Assembly (NCBI GenBank): GCA_963734495.1 | Contig: CAVTHK010000001.1 | Location: 384,001-448,000 of the forward strand | Direction: 5' to 3' | Origin: an uncultured Spirochaetota bacterium | Lineage (GTDB): Bacteria; Spirochaetota; Spirochaetia; SZUA-6; CAVTHK01 | DNA: 64,000 nt | Shown here: positions 30,417 to 40,904 of the stretch, piece by piece | Position numbering within the stretch: position 1 is the first letter of the stretch | Layout: each line of letters starts with the position of its first letter | Translations under genes and position numbers: made by a program | Notes under the pieces: generated by a model | What the model saw: the letters and a program-made list of their open reading frames with translations, nothing else | Told to the model about the DNA's origin: nothing | Databases searched by the model: none

Positions 30417-32273
30417 CTACGCCCGCAGGTGCTCTTCGGTGTAGAGCGACAGCTCGACCAGCCGCTCGAGGAGCTCCCCGGGCTCGAACCCGCGGAAGTT
30501 CCGCAGCACCAGCTCCTTGGCGAAGAGGCGGCAGATGTACTTGAGCTTGCGCGGCTTCTGCTGCGATGCATAGACGTAGTCGCGGTGCCCGTTGTTGATC
30601 ACCACGAGGTTGTTCTTCTCGTCGAAGCGCGAGCGCCACAGCTCGGCCGGCGCGCGCTGAAACGTGTAGCCGGGAAGCCCCTTGTCGGAAGGCTTGTCCC
30701 CCTGCCTCGGCGAATCGACGAGCGTGTCGGTAACGGTCACCAGGCTCTCGGCCGTGCAGGAGAGCTCGCCCTGGGTGACCCTGGCCTGCAGGATCGTCAG
30801 CCCGGGCTCTTCGGGGGCGAGGAACGCCACGATCTCCCCGCTCGTCGACGAGAGGCTCCCTTCGCCCTGCCGGATGGACCACTGGATCGCGACGTTCTCT
30901 TCGACTGTGCGGCGCGAACGGTCGCGAGGGATGCAGCGGAAGGAGCTTTCCGACCGCACCTTGACGACGGCCGAAGCGGGCGAGATGACGGAGGCGTACA
31001 GCGGACCCGGATACTCGTAGAAGCTGCGGGCGCCGGCCTGCTCCATCGCGGCGGGCGGCTCCGCAACCGCGATCCCCTCGGCGGGCGCCGCCTCCGCTTC
31101 GCCGCGCTCCTCGAACAGCCCGTCGCCGCGGCGTTTTGCCTTCTTCAGGCCTTCGCCGTAGATGTCGAACCAGTCGTAGTCCTCGCGAGCGAGGGCGAGA
31201 AGGGCCTCTTTAAAGGCGCGCTGGACGGACTTGAGGACGTTGCGGCTGGCTTCTTCTTCTTCACTGTCCTTTTCCTGTTCGACGATCTCTTCGAGCTTCT
31301 CCTCGACGGGCTCGAGGGCGCGTACCAGCTCTTCGTAGCTGGCGTCCTGGATGATGCCCTCGCGCGTTCCCGGGGTCAGCTGCAGAAAGGGCGCCTCGAC
31401 CATCCCCTGCAGGTAGCCGGAGGTCCACGGCTCGCGGTCGAAGCGGTCGAGACGGGAGATCGAGTCGAGCACCCGCGTGCCGGCGCGGTAGAGGCCGATC
31501 AGGTTCGACGGCGAAGGACGGTTCAGGTAGAGCTCCAGGTAGACCTCGCCCAGCGGCGTCTGCACCACGTCGAGCTCGCGCAGGTGGCGTCCGGTGAACT
31601 CGACGGGCACGACCTCGAGCTCCTTGCGCGCGTTGCGATCCTTGATGGCGATCCTTACGCCCGAGCGCTTGATGCGGTCGCGCAGCTCCGAGGCGAGATA
31701 GTGCTGGATGCGCTCGCCGCTCAGCCCTCGGATGCCCGGCAGCAGCGGCCGGATCACGAGCTCTGTGCCGTTCTGCGGGAACAGCGAGCGGCGCGGCGTG
31801 ATCGCGTAGCTCTGCTGCTCGCGCTGCATCTCCATCTGGTAGACCCTGCCGTCGGCCGCGGAAGAGGCCAGGAGCAGCCGCTCGCCGACGGTCCAGAAGC
31901 TCAGCAGCCCGATCCCGAACTCGCCCTGGATGCCCTGGGCGCCGCGGCGCTTGAGCTGCCGCTTGATCGAATCGCAGATGTGTGTGGCGACGTAGGCGAA
32001 GTTGGGCTCACCGGATTCGTCTTTCGGGATGCCGTCGCCGTCGTCCACCACCTTGAGGTAGTGCTCGCCGCCTTCCTTGCCCCGCACGATGGTGACGGTG
32101 CGGGCGTGCGCGTCGATGCTGTTCTCGACGAGCTCCGCGATCGCCTTGAGCGGGTTGCTCTGCGAGAGTGCGATGATCGTGATCGCGTTCCAGTTGTCTC
32201 CGATGCGCAGGCGGCCGCCGGTGCGGCCCCCCGGCCGCTGCTTGGGCGGCGTCGGCGCTTTGCGGGTGGGCAC
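30417..32273 (-). CDS. GHKL (HATPase_c_3, MORC/Hsp90-like) ATPase with C-terminal Ig-like segment
   Basis: ELVENSIDA, DDGDGI, GEFGIG, GTELVI; C-terminal INNGHRDY; GTG start 6 nt after a -10 box. Confidence 0.75.
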   Translation of the reverse strand: MPTRKAPTPPKQRPGGRTGGRLRIGDNWNAITIIALSQSNPLKAIAELVENSIDAHARTVTIVRGKEGGEHYLKVVDDGDGIPKDESGEPNFAYVATHICDSIKRQLKRRGAQGIQGEFGIGLLSFWTVGERLLLASSAADGRVYQMEMQREQQSYAITPRRSLFPQNGTELVIRPLLPGIRGLSGERIQHYLASELRDRIKRSGVRIAIKDRNARKELEVVPVEFTGRHLRELDVVQTPLGEVYLELYLNRPSPSNLIGLYRAGTRVLDSISRLDRFDREPWTSGYLQGMVEAPFLQLTPGTREGIIQDASYEELVRALEPVEEKLEEIVEQEKDSEEEEASRNVLKSVQRAFKEALLALAREDYDWFDIYGEGLKKAKRRGDGLFEERGEAEAAPAEGIAVAEPPAAMEQAGARSFYEYPGPLYASVISPASAVVKVRSESSFRCIPRDRSRRTVEENVAIQWSIRQGEGSLSSTSGEIVAFLAPEEPGLTILQARVTQGELSCTAESLVTVTDTLVDSPRQGDKPSDKGLPGYTFQRAPAELWRSRFDEKNNLVVINNGHRDYVYASQQKPRKLKYICRLFAKELVLRNFRGFEPGELLERLVELSLYTEEHLRA

Positions 32274-32328
32274 GCCCCGAGTATTGCGGGTCGCGCGGCG
32301 TCGTGCAAGAGAGCAAGGGCCGGCGCTT

Positions 32329-33601
32329 CTAGGCCTGCTGCCGCCGGCCCTCCCGCCTGCGGCGCGGCGGCCGGCCTGACGGAAGCCATGCTGCCGAACC
32401 GGCGGAGCGCCGGCGAGGCGAGCGCCGCGATCGCGACGACGCAGAGAGTCCCGATCCCGCCGCTCACGACCGACACCACGGGCGAGAAGATCCGCGCGAC
32501 GAGCCCCGATTCGAAGCCGCCCAGCTCGTTCGATGAGCCGATGAACATCGAGGTGACCGCCGAGACCCGTCCCCTCATGTCGTCGGGCGTGAGGAGCTGC
32601 TGAAGCGTGTGCCGGACGACCACGCTCACGTTGTCGAAGAGCCCGGTGAGAAACAGCATGGCCCAGGAGAGCCAGAAGCTCTTCGAAAAGCCGAACACGA
32701 CCGTCGCCAGGCCGAAGCCCGCGACCGCGATCAGGAGGTTCCTGCCCGCCCGCCGCATCGGAGGCAGGTGCGCCAGCAGCATCGCCATGCAGAGCGAGCC
32801 GAGCGCCGGCGCCGAGCGCAGCCAGCCGAGGCCTTGCTCGCCGACGGCGAGGATGTCGCGCGCGTAGACCGGCAGCAGGTACACGGCGCCCCCGAGGAGC
32901 ACGGCGAACAGATCGAGCGAGATGGTCGTGAGCAGGAGACGCTGCTGCCACGCGAACCTCGCCCCCATCAGGATCGCCTGCAGCGACATGCCCCGGCCCG
33001 CGGGTTTTTCCTGCCTCGCCTTGATGAGCGCGAGGAAGAGCACGAACGCGATCATCGTGCCCGCAGCGACGAGGTAGACGAGCGGGGCGCTGACGGCGGC
33101 GAGGAACCCGCCGACTGCCGGGCCCGCGACGGCCGAGATCTGCTGGACGCTGATCCGCCAGGAGGTGGCGTTCTCGAAAGCGGCGCGGGGCACCAGGATC
33201 GGCAGGATCGCGATGCGCGCCGGACGCGCGATCGCGATGAACGTCGCATCCAGGAGCAGCAGGAGGTACATCGCGGACACCGGCGCCGCGTGGAGCGAAG
33301 TGAGCGCGAGCCCCGTGGACGCGACCGCGGAGCCGACCATGCTGATCGCGATGAGGCCCCGCCTGCTGAAGACGTCGGCGAGGTAGCCGCCGGGCAGCGT
33401 CAGCAGCATCATCGGGATCGCCTGGATGAGCCCGGTGAGCCCGAGCGCCAGCGCGTTGTCCGTGCGGCGATAGATCTCCCAGCCGATCGCCACGCTCTGC
33501 GCGCCGGTGCCGATCTGCACCAGCAGCGACGCGATCATGTAGAGGCGGAAGTCCCGCGCGCGGAGCGCGGCGTAGGGATCGTGGGAGTCGCGAGGGCTCA
33601 C
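32329..33601 (-). CDS. MFS transporter (MFS_3/EntS-like); 3' end uncertain, probable +1 frameshift near the stop
   Basis: GGYLADVFSRR, ISLDLFAVLLGG, MRGRVSAV, SSNELGGFESG; as written it reads 370 nt into the next gene, and an off-frame TAG lies at 32331-32329. Confidence 0.8.
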
Positions 33602-33617
33602 CGGGCGGCGCTGCAGG

Positions 33618-35627
33618 CTATCCCTCTACCTTCAGGGCCTCGAACTCGCCGAGCTTCGGAACCTTGATGGAGAGCCTCCCGGCGGCCCAGGCGTGCTCGT
33701 GCGCGGCCCCGGTCACCAGGCTCTTGACCGAGCGCGGCTTGCGCTCCCAGGCCAGCTCGACCGAGAGGTCGTGCATCGTCACGGGCGCGAAGAAGCTCAC
33801 GCCGAAATGCCCGGTGTGGTTGACCAGGTGCACGAGCTCGCCCTTGCCGTCCTTGCGCGCCAGGCGAGTCACCTGCACCATCGGAGACAGGTTCCCGCCG
33901 ACCGGCCTGATGCCGAGTACGCTTTCGAGTGAGTCGGCGACCAGGTCGGAGGTGTTGGGGTAGCCTTGCCTGTGGAACAGCGCGCCGGGCGTCCAGGGGA
34001 ACCACGCAGCCCTGCCCTTGCCGTACGGATTGACCGTGAGCGCCGGCCGGTCCACGACCGGGTGGAGGGGGTAGCAGCGCTCGGGCGGCCCGTACGGCTG
34101 CGGCGGCAGGAGCTGCAGGAGCTGCTCCGCCTTCGGATCGAAAGCCGCGAACACGTACTCGCCGTCCAGGTACACGAGCTCGGTCACGGCGAAGCGGGGG
34201 AAGCGGCTCTTTTCCCGGCTCCGGAACTTGAAGTACGCGGCCCTCATGTCGCCGCGGATGGTCTCGAGCGATCGAATCCCGAGCGACTTGAGCGCGGGAG
34301 CGGGACGCCGCTCGAAGTCCTGGTCGTAGAAGCCGCTGCGGCCCGATGCGACGAGCGTCCCGCCCGCTTGGACGAACGCGTCCAGCCGCGCCGCCAGGGC
34401 GTCGCTCATATAGCGGACGTCGGGAAGCACGATCGTCTTGTATCGGTCCCAGGAGATGTCGAGCGCCGTGGCCACGAGCGATACGTCGAAGAGGTGATGG
34501 CTCTCGAGCAGGAAGCGGAACCAGCCGCGGAACTCGCCCGGCTCCTCCCCGGGCTTGAGCAGCAGGATCTGCGCCCGGGATTCCAGCGCCGCATAGTCGT
34601 CCGCGTGGGCGGCGTGGTAGTGGAAGACCTCCTTGATGCCGGCGTAGCCGCTCTTGTCCTCGTGATTGTCCAGGCGTCCGATCAGGTAGTAGTCGATGGC
34701 GCCGCCGTTGGCGAGCCCCTCCACCAGGCGCAGCTTCTGCTGGTGAGGCGAGACCGCCGTGTGGCGGTGGGGAAAGTCGATAAAGTCGACCGTCGTGTTG
34801 CTGGAGACCAGGTCGGGGTAGGAGCCGACCGCCCACTTGGTGTTGTCGCTGCCGCTGTACTGCCAGTGCGGGAGCGCGCGGTCGAGGGCCGTGTTCGACT
34901 CCTGCCGCAGGAACCCGCTTCCGAGCTCGGGCGCGCGGTCGATGAGCATGTCCGGCCTGATCTTGTGGATAAAGGCGTCGACCTTTTCCTTGTGCGCGCT
35001 GGCAGTCTCGCGCTTGAACACGAGGTACTTGCGGTAGACCGGGTCGTTCATGTCCTCGACCTTCGGCAGGGCAAGTCCGAAGCGCTCGCTGAACAGGCGC
35101 TTGCAGTTCGCGCACTGGCAGATGCCGTGGTACACGCTGCTGTAGTCGCGGGTCTGGTAGCCGCCCATGTTGAAGAAGATCCCGTCCATGTCGAGCGTCG
35201 TGATCGTCTCCTCGATGATCTTGAGCGCGTACTCCTGCTGGTAGCCGCCGTTGAGGCAGGCGTGCACGTCGCCGAGGTAGTCGACGATCGTCCCGGCGGG
35301 GCTGATATAGGCCCACTCCGGGTGCATCTCGTAGATGGGGCGGCGGATCTTGGAAAAGTCCGTCCGCGCAAGCACCTTGATGCCCGCCTTGTGGCAGGCC
35401 GCGGTGATCTCGGCCAGGCTCGACCCCTTCAGGAACGGGCTCTGCGTGTGATACGGCAGCTTGGTCGGGTAGCTCGCGATGATGCCGGCCGTGTTGATCA
35501 TCGCGATCGTGGCCTTGAACTCCTTCAGGTCCGCCACGTAGCGCTCCGCGTCGATGTCGACCATGTCGATCTCGCGGAGGTTCGTCTGGATGAACCTCCA
35601 CGGCCACCCCTTCCACCACTCGCTCAT
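33618..35627 (-). CDS. Putative glycoside hydrolase (GHL6-like TIM barrel plus beta-galactosidase trimerisation-like domain)
   Basis: QTNLREID, ARTDFSK, DGIFFN, CQCANC, YKTIVLPDV...FVQAGGTLVASG, HLVNHTG. Confidence 0.7.
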   Translation of the reverse strand: MSEWWKGWPWRFIQTNLREIDMVDIDAERYVADLKEFKATIAMINTAGIIASYPTKLPYHTQSPFLKGSSLAEITAACHKAGIKVLARTDFSKIRRPIYEMHPEWAYISPAGTIVDYLGDVHACLNGGYQQEYALKIIEETITTLDMDGIFFNMGGYQTRDYSSVYHGICQCANCKRLFSERFGLALPKVEDMNDPVYRKYLVFKRETASAHKEKVDAFIHKIRPDMLIDRAPELGSGFLRQESNTALDRALPHWQYSGSDNTKWAVGSYPDLVSSNTTVDFIDFPHRHTAVSPHQQKLRLVEGLANGGAIDYYLIGRLDNHEDKSGYAGIKEVFHYHAAHADDYAALESRAQILLLKPGEEPGEFRGWFRFLLESHHLFDVSLVATALDISWDRYKTIVLPDVRYMSDALAARLDAFVQAGGTLVASGRSGFYDQDFERRPAPALKSLGIRSLETIRGDMRAAYFKFRSREKSRFPRFAVTELVYLDGEYVFAAFDPKAEQLLQLLPPQPYGPPERCYPLHPVVDRPALTVNPYGKGRAAWFPWTPGALFHRQGYPNTSDLVADSLESVLGIRPVGGNLSPMVQVTRLARKDGKGELVHLVNHTGHFGVSFFAPVTMHDLSVELAWERKPRSVKSLVTGAAHEHAWAAGRLSIKVPKLGEFEALKVEG

Positions 35628-35728
35628 GCTGGATCCTCCTGCAGATGTCTCTCGCGCGGCGTCCTGTCGGCCGCGGTCTCGCGCTGCAACCCGTCGCGTG
35701 AATACGGTCTGATGAAATGCCCGATGCG

Positions 35729-36589
35729 TCAGCTCTTTAACCCGGTCAGGGCGATGCCCTCCACAAAGTAGCGCTGGAACAGAAAGAACACCAGGATCGG
35801 CGGGACGGTGGAGGTCACCGCCCCCGCCATCATGAGGTGCCAGTTCTCGCCCATCTCGTCGGAGTACTGCGCAAGCCCGAGCGCGACCGGGAACTTGCGC
35901 ATCGTGTTCAGGTAGACCAGCGGGTTGAAGAGGTCGTTCCAGGTGTTCTGGAACTCGAAGATGGCGAGCGTGACCAGGGCGGGCTTGGCGAGCGGCAGAA
36001 AGATCTGCGCGAACACCCGCGCGTAGCTCGCCCCCTCCACGATCGCCGCCTCCTCCAGCTCCCCCGGGAGCGTCAGGAAGTATTGCCGCATCAGGAACAC
36101 GAAGAACGCCGTGCCGAAGAATGTCGGCAGGATGAGCGGCCAGTGCGTGTTCAGCGCCTTGAGGTTTCGGAAGATGATGAACAGAGGGATGATCGTCACC
36201 TGGAACGGCAGCATCATGCTGGCGAGCAGCCCCACGAAGATCACGTTTCTGCCCCAGAACTTCAAGCGAGCAAACCCGTACCCGGCCAGCGAGCAGGAGA
36301 GGATGCTCCCGACGATCGACAGCAGGCTGATCTTGGCGCTGTTGAGGTAGAACAGGTTGAAGGGCTTGGTGTGGAAGGACTCGGGGTAGTTTTGCAGCCG
36401 GAACACGCGGGGGATCAGCCGCACCGGGATCTCAAAGATGTCCGCGACCGGTTTGAGGGAGCTCGAGATCATCCAGACGAAAGGAAGTATAAAGACGATC
36501 GCGCCGAAGGTCAGTGCGACGTACGTGAGGACCACGCGGACCGCGGCCCGCCCGTGCCGGCTCCTGAAGAACGCAGCGACGGAGCTCAT
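35729..36589 (-). CDS. Carbohydrate ABC permease (MalG-like)
   Basis: PFVWMISSSLK, EEAAIVEGAS, WNDLFNPL, FQRYFVEG. Confidence 0.92.
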   Translation of the reverse strand: MSSVAAFFRSRHGRAAVRVVLTYVALTFGAIVFILPFVWMISSSLKPVADIFEIPVRLIPRVFRLQNYPESFHTKPFNLFYLNSAKISLLSIVGSILSCSLAGYGFARLKFWGRNVIFVGLLASMMLPFQVTIIPLFIIFRNLKALNTHWPLILPTFFGTAFFVFLMRQYFLTLPGELEEAAIVEGASYARVFAQIFLPLAKPALVTLAIFEFQNTWNDLFNPLVYLNTMRKFPVALGLAQYSDEMGENWHLMMAGAVTSTVPPILVFFLFQRYFVEGIALTGLKS

Positions 36590-37488
36590 CGCGGGCCCCC
36601 CTCGTAGTAGACCCACTTCGACGCGGCGATCTGCACGAGCGTGAGCCCCATGATGATGATGAGCAGCAGCCAGGCCAGCGCCGACCCGTAGCCCATCTCG
36701 AGGTAGGTAAAGGCGCGTGTGTACAGGTACATCACGTAGACCAGCGTCGAGTTGACGGGCCCTCCTCCCGTCATGACGTAGATCTTCGCGAAGACCTGGA
36801 AGGACTGGATGATGCCGACGACCATGTTGAAAAAGAGAATCGGCGAGAGCAGCGGCAGCGTCACCCCGAAGAACCTGCGCCACCACGGCGAGCCGTCGAG
36901 CTCCGCCACCTCGTAGAGCTGCACGGGGATGCTCTGCAGTCCGGCGAGAAAGATCAGCATCTGCTGGCCCACCTGCCAGCAGGCGACGATGATGATGCCC
37001 GGCATGGCCCACGCCGGATCGCCCAGCCACGCCGGCCCCTTGATTCCGAACACCTTGAGCGAGGCGTTGATGATGCCGAAGGCCGGCTCGAACGCCCACT
37101 GCCACAGCGTAGCGACGGCGATCAGCGCCGTCACCGTCGGGAGGTAGAAGAGAGTCCTGAACAGGGCCATCCCCTTGACCTTCTGGTTCAGCAGAACGGC
37201 CAGGAAGAGAGCGATCACGAGGCGCAGCGGAACGCTGACCCCGACGTAGTAGGCCGTGTTCACGAGACTCTTCCAGAAGAGCTCGTCGCCGCCCAGGATC
37301 CTCGCATAGTTCTCGAACGAGACCCACCGCGGAGGCGTGAGCACGTCGTAGCGGGTAAAGCTGTAATACAGGGACTGCAGCATGGGGCCCAGGCGGAACG
37401 CCAGCATGCCGAAGAGGGCCAGGCCGATGAACGCGTACCCGCGCAGGTTGTCGCGCAGGAGGCGCGAGGCCCGTCGGGAGAGTGCCAT
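36586..37488 (-). CDS. Carbohydrate ABC permease (MalF-like)
   Basis: SLYYSFT, FRTLFYLP, LAGLQSIP...YEVAELDG, FQVF, MGYGSA. Confidence 0.92.
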   Translation of the reverse strand: MALSRRASRLLRDNLRGYAFIGLALFGMLAFRLGPMLQSLYYSFTRYDVLTPPRWVSFENYARILGGDELFWKSLVNTAYYVGVSVPLRLVIALFLAVLLNQKVKGMALFRTLFYLPTVTALIAVATLWQWAFEPAFGIINASLKVFGIKGPAWLGDPAWAMPGIIIVACWQVGQQMLIFLAGLQSIPVQLYEVAELDGSPWWRRFFGVTLPLLSPILFFNMVVGIIQSFQVFAKIYVMTGGGPVNSTLVYVMYLYTRAFTYLEMGYGSALAWLLLIIIMGLTLVQIAASKWVYYEGGPR

Positions 37489-37508
37489 AGAAGCTCCTTG
37501 AAGAAGCA

Positions 37509-37544
37509 GCGGCCGGCCGCGGGAACCCGTCCGCGGCCGGCCGC
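37509..37544 (-). terminator. Perfect 14-bp stem-loop between binding-protein and permease genes
   Basis: GCGGCCGGCCGCGG-8 nt-CCGCGGCCGGCCGC. Confidence 0.6.
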
Positions 37545-37555
37545 ATGTTTCGCGG

Positions 37556-38857
37556 CTACTTGTAGCCGAGCTCCTTGAGCACGGCCTCGACCTTCTTCTG
37601 GGCCTCGACCAGGCCCGCGTCGACGGGCTTCTTCTGGTAGTAGATCTCTTCGAGGGAGCCCGCGAGCTCCATCATCACCCGGAACCAGTCCGCGGTGTAG
37701 ACGGTGTGGAAGATCGCATCGGGATGCTCGAGCATCTGCCTGGCGACTTTGTAATCCTTGTCGGTCGCGAACGGCTCCTTGTTCCAGTCGGTCTTGCGCT
37801 TGGGGAGGTAGACGCCGTCGGTCGACCAGAGGTAGTCCATCTCGGGACCTGTCGCCCACTTCGCGAGCTCCCACGCCATCTTGTCGTTGCCCGTGTTGCC
37901 AAAAATCGCCCACCCGTTCTGCTCGACGATCGTGGCGCGGTTCTTGGCCTTGGGCAGGACGGCGAGGTCGAAGTCGACCTTGGCCTTGCTGCGGAGGCCC
38001 GACGCGCCGATCGGCGAGTTGAACCAGACGGCGACCAGGTTGTTGCCGGCGGGGTCGGCGAGCTTGGACATCTCCATCGGCAGCGCCACCTTGTACTTGT
38101 ACATCATGTCGATCCAGAGCTGCATGCCCGCCTTCATCGAGTCGGAGGTCAGGTTCCACCTGGGCGGGTCGGTGTCGAGGTTCCACGGGTCGGTCTTGGG
38201 CGTCGCCGACTGCTCGCGCGCCCACTGCTCGGCTGTCTTCGCCATGAAGGCGTCGTTGCCGGCGTAGGTCATCATCATGGTGCCCCAGATGTTCTTGTCC
38301 TTGTTGGTGACCTTCTTGCCGTACTCGATGACCTGGTCCCAGGTGTCGGGCGGGCCGGAGAGGCCGGCGTTCTTGAGCAGCATGTTGTTGTAGTAGGTGA
38401 GGTAGAAGTAGACGTGCCAGGGCAGGCCGTAGAGACCGCCCTTGAGCTCGTACGCCCTGGTCAGGCTGTCGAAGTAGTCGTCGGCCTGCATCTCCTTCTT
38501 GTCCCTGGCGTAGCGGTCCTTGACGTTGAGCAGGGCCCCGCGGCGCGCCAGGTCCATCACCTGGTAGTCCTTCATGCGCGAACCCGTGGGCGGCTCGTTC
38601 GCCGCGACTGCCGTGAGCATCTTGCGCCACTGGTCCGCCCACTGGTTGAGGACGGTCACCTCGACGGTGGCGTTGGGGAACTTCTGCTGAAACTTCTTGG
38701 CCATCGACTCGATGGCTGCCTGCTGCGTCGGCGTGGCGGCGGTCCACCACTTGAGAAGCACCGGTTTCGAGGTCGCGGCGGCCTCGTTCTGGCCGCCCGC
38801 CCACAGGGGCAGCGCGAGGGCTGCCATGACGATCATGACGAGCGCGAATCTTGCCAT
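37556..38857 (-). CDS. Sugar ABC extracellular solute-binding protein
   Basis: Signal peptide then AGGQNE; GLYGLP, YNNMLL, PPDTWD. Confidence 0.88.
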   Translation of the reverse strand: MARFALVMIVMAALALPLWAGGQNEAAATSKPVLLKWWTAATPTQQAAIESMAKKFQQKFPNATVEVTVLNQWADQWRKMLTAVAANEPPTGSRMKDYQVMDLARRGALLNVKDRYARDKKEMQADDYFDSLTRAYELKGGLYGLPWHVYFYLTYYNNMLLKNAGLSGPPDTWDQVIEYGKKVTNKDKNIWGTMMMTYAGNDAFMAKTAEQWAREQSATPKTDPWNLDTDPPRWNLTSDSMKAGMQLWIDMMYKYKVALPMEMSKLADPAGNNLVAVWFNSPIGASGLRSKAKVDFDLAVLPKAKNRATIVEQNGWAIFGNTGNDKMAWELAKWATGPEMDYLWSTDGVYLPKRKTDWNKEPFATDKDYKVARQMLEHPDAIFHTVYTADWFRVMMELAGSLEEIYYQKKPVDAGLVEAQKKVEAVLKELGYK

Positions 38858-38948
38858 CCTGCACTCTCCTTGCTGGAGCGTTTCCTCGCCGCCGACGGCG
38901 GCATTCCGGCTCTCTCCGTCGTTTCGGGCGACAGCGCCCGGCACACCC

Positions 38949-39842
38949 CTAATTCTTCTTCTTCACCTCGACGTTTGCCAGCTTCTCGTAGAAGTGCACC
39001 ACGCTCGAGTGGTCTTCCTTCTCCCGGCCTTCGACCTTGAGGGCCTGCATGATCTCCATGATCTGGCTCGTGAGCGGGATGGGCGCGCCCACCGCGTGTG
39101 CGGCGGCGAGGGCGTTCGCCAGGTCCTTGATGTGCAGCTCGATGCGGAAGCCCGGCTTGAAGTTGCGGTTGAGCACCATCGGCGCCTTGGCGTCGAGGAC
39201 GGTGCTGCCCGCCAGCCCCACGCGGATCGCCTGGTAGACCTTTTCGGGATCCACGCCCGCCTTGGTCGCCAGCACGAGCGCCTCGCTCATGGCGGCGATG
39301 TTGAGCGCGACGACGATCTGGTTGGCGAGCTTGGCGACGTTGCCGCTGCCGATGTCGCCCACGAGCACCGCGGTCGCGCCCATCTTGAGGAGCATCGGCT
39401 TGACGCGCTCGAACGCGGCCGCGGGCCCGCCCACCATGATCGCCAGGGTCCCCTCGACCGCCTTGGGCTCTCCGCCGCTCACAGGCGCGTCGAGCATGAC
39501 CACGCCCTTCTTCTTGACCTCTGCTTCGACCTCGCGCGCCACCATCGGGTCGATGGAGCTCATGTCGACGTAAAGCTGCCCGGAGCGCGCCCCCTCGATG
39601 ATGCCGTTCTTCCCGAGGACGACCTCGCGCACGTGCGGCGAGTTGGGGAGCATCGTGATGACCACGTCGCTCGCCTGCGCGACCTCCCGCGGGCTCGACG
39701 CGGTCTTCGCGCCCGCCGCCGCGAGCTCCTTGACCGGACCCGGCACGATGTCGTAGACGACCAGCGGGTATCCTGCCTTGACCAGGTTCTTCGCCATCGG
39801 CTTGCCCATGATGCCGAGCCCGATGAAACCGACTCTATCCAT
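38949..39842 (-). CDS. garR: 2-hydroxy-3-oxopropionate (tartronate semialdehyde) reductase
   Basis: GFIGLGIMGKPMAKNL, MLPNSPHV, DAPVSGGEPKA, KLANQ, RNFKPGFRI, DHS. Confidence 0.85.
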   Translation of the reverse strand: MDRVGFIGLGIMGKPMAKNLVKAGYPLVVYDIVPGPVKELAAAGAKTASSPREVAQASDVVITMLPNSPHVREVVLGKNGIIEGARSGQLYVDMSSIDPMVAREVEAEVKKKGVVMLDAPVSGGEPKAVEGTLAIMVGGPAAAFERVKPMLLKMGATAVLVGDIGSGNVAKLANQIVVALNIAAMSEALVLATKAGVDPEKVYQAIRVGLAGSTVLDAKAPMVLNRNFKPGFRIELHIKDLANALAAAHAVGAPIPLTSQIMEIMQALKVEGREKEDHSSVVHFYEKLANVEVKKKN

Positions 39843-39855
39843 GCTTATCTCCTCT

Positions 39856-40050
39856 GACTTGGCGTCTGCGCCAAGTCCCAAGTCCCGAGTCAACGAGGGG
39901 CCCTCTGGCCTCTTCGCCGAGTCCTCTACCCCCCCGGCTTCGGGGGGCCCGCGCGTTTCTCGCGCGCCCGGCGCGCCCGTCCGCGAGCATAGCCCGACGG
40001 ACGCGCGCGAGTCACTACCGCCGCCGCGGGTCTCCGCTGCGGAGCCCTCC
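39856..40050. other. Multi-hairpin structured intergenic element
   Basis: At least five stems, including perfect GACTTGGCG-TCTG-CGCCAAGTC (39856-39877). Confidence 0.45.
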
Positions 40051-40060
40051 CTTGCGCTTC

Positions 40061-40904
40061 CTACTCCTTGATCCCGGTCGACGCGAGGCCTTTGACGAAG
40101 TACCGCTGGAAGAAGAGGAACACGGCAAGCACGGGGAGGACCGACACGGTGGCGGCCGGCATCAGGTAGTCGTAGTGCGGGATGGGCTCGCCGCGGAAGG
40201 CCGTGAGCCCCAGAGGCAGCGTGTACTTGTCCGGCGTGTTCAGGTAGAGCAACGGAGTGAAGAACTCGTTCCAGTGGGCGACGAAGTTGAAGACCGCCAC
40301 GGTGACGACCGCCGGCTTGACCAGCGGGACCGCGATGCTCCAGAAGGTGCGCAGCTGGCCGCTGCCGTCGATCGTCGCCGCCTCCATCAGCTCCGGCGGA
40401 AGAGTCAGGAAGAACTGCCGCACCATGAAGACGTAGAAGGCGCTCCCGAAGAACGAAGGCACGATCAGCGGCAGGAACGTGTTGATCCACTTGAGGTTCG
40501 TGAAAATCAGGTACAGCGGAATCATCGTGACCTGGCCCGGGATCATGAGCACCGAGAGCACGAGCAGGAACAGGATGTTGCGGCCCGGGGAACCAGGGCC
40601 GCGAGAACCCCCAGCCGCCCAGGGTGCAGGAGACCACCGTGCCGCACACCGCGAGGACCGTGATGATCGTGGAGTTCACGAAGAAGCGGCCCATGGGCTG
40701 CACCGTGAAGGCCTCGACGTAGTTCTCCGGTCGAAACGCCTCGGGCCACAGCTTGAGACCGGGACCCATGATCTGCGCCAGAGGCATGAACGAGGCGGCC
40801 ACCATGAACCAGAACGGGAGCAGGAAGACCACCGCGCCGACGAGGAGCAGCAGGTAGAGCGCGGCCCGCGTCGCCGCGCGCTCGAGGCTGTACCCCCGCT
40901 TCAT
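40061..40904 (-). CDS. Carbohydrate ABC permease (MalG-like), +1 frameshift near 40585
   Basis: MKRGYSLE...PFWFMVAASF in one frame; RNILF...EAATIDGSG...WNEFFTPL...FQRYFVKG in the next; span 844 nt = 3n+1. Confidence 0.85.

Noticed and set aside
30015-32603. Very long antisense or alternate-frame ORFs (e.g. 862 aa at 30015-32603, 723 aa at 53665-55836, 601 aa at 33966-35771)
   Set aside because: Arg/Ala/Gly-rich shadow frames of real genes, expected in high-GC DNA; no recognisable motifs.
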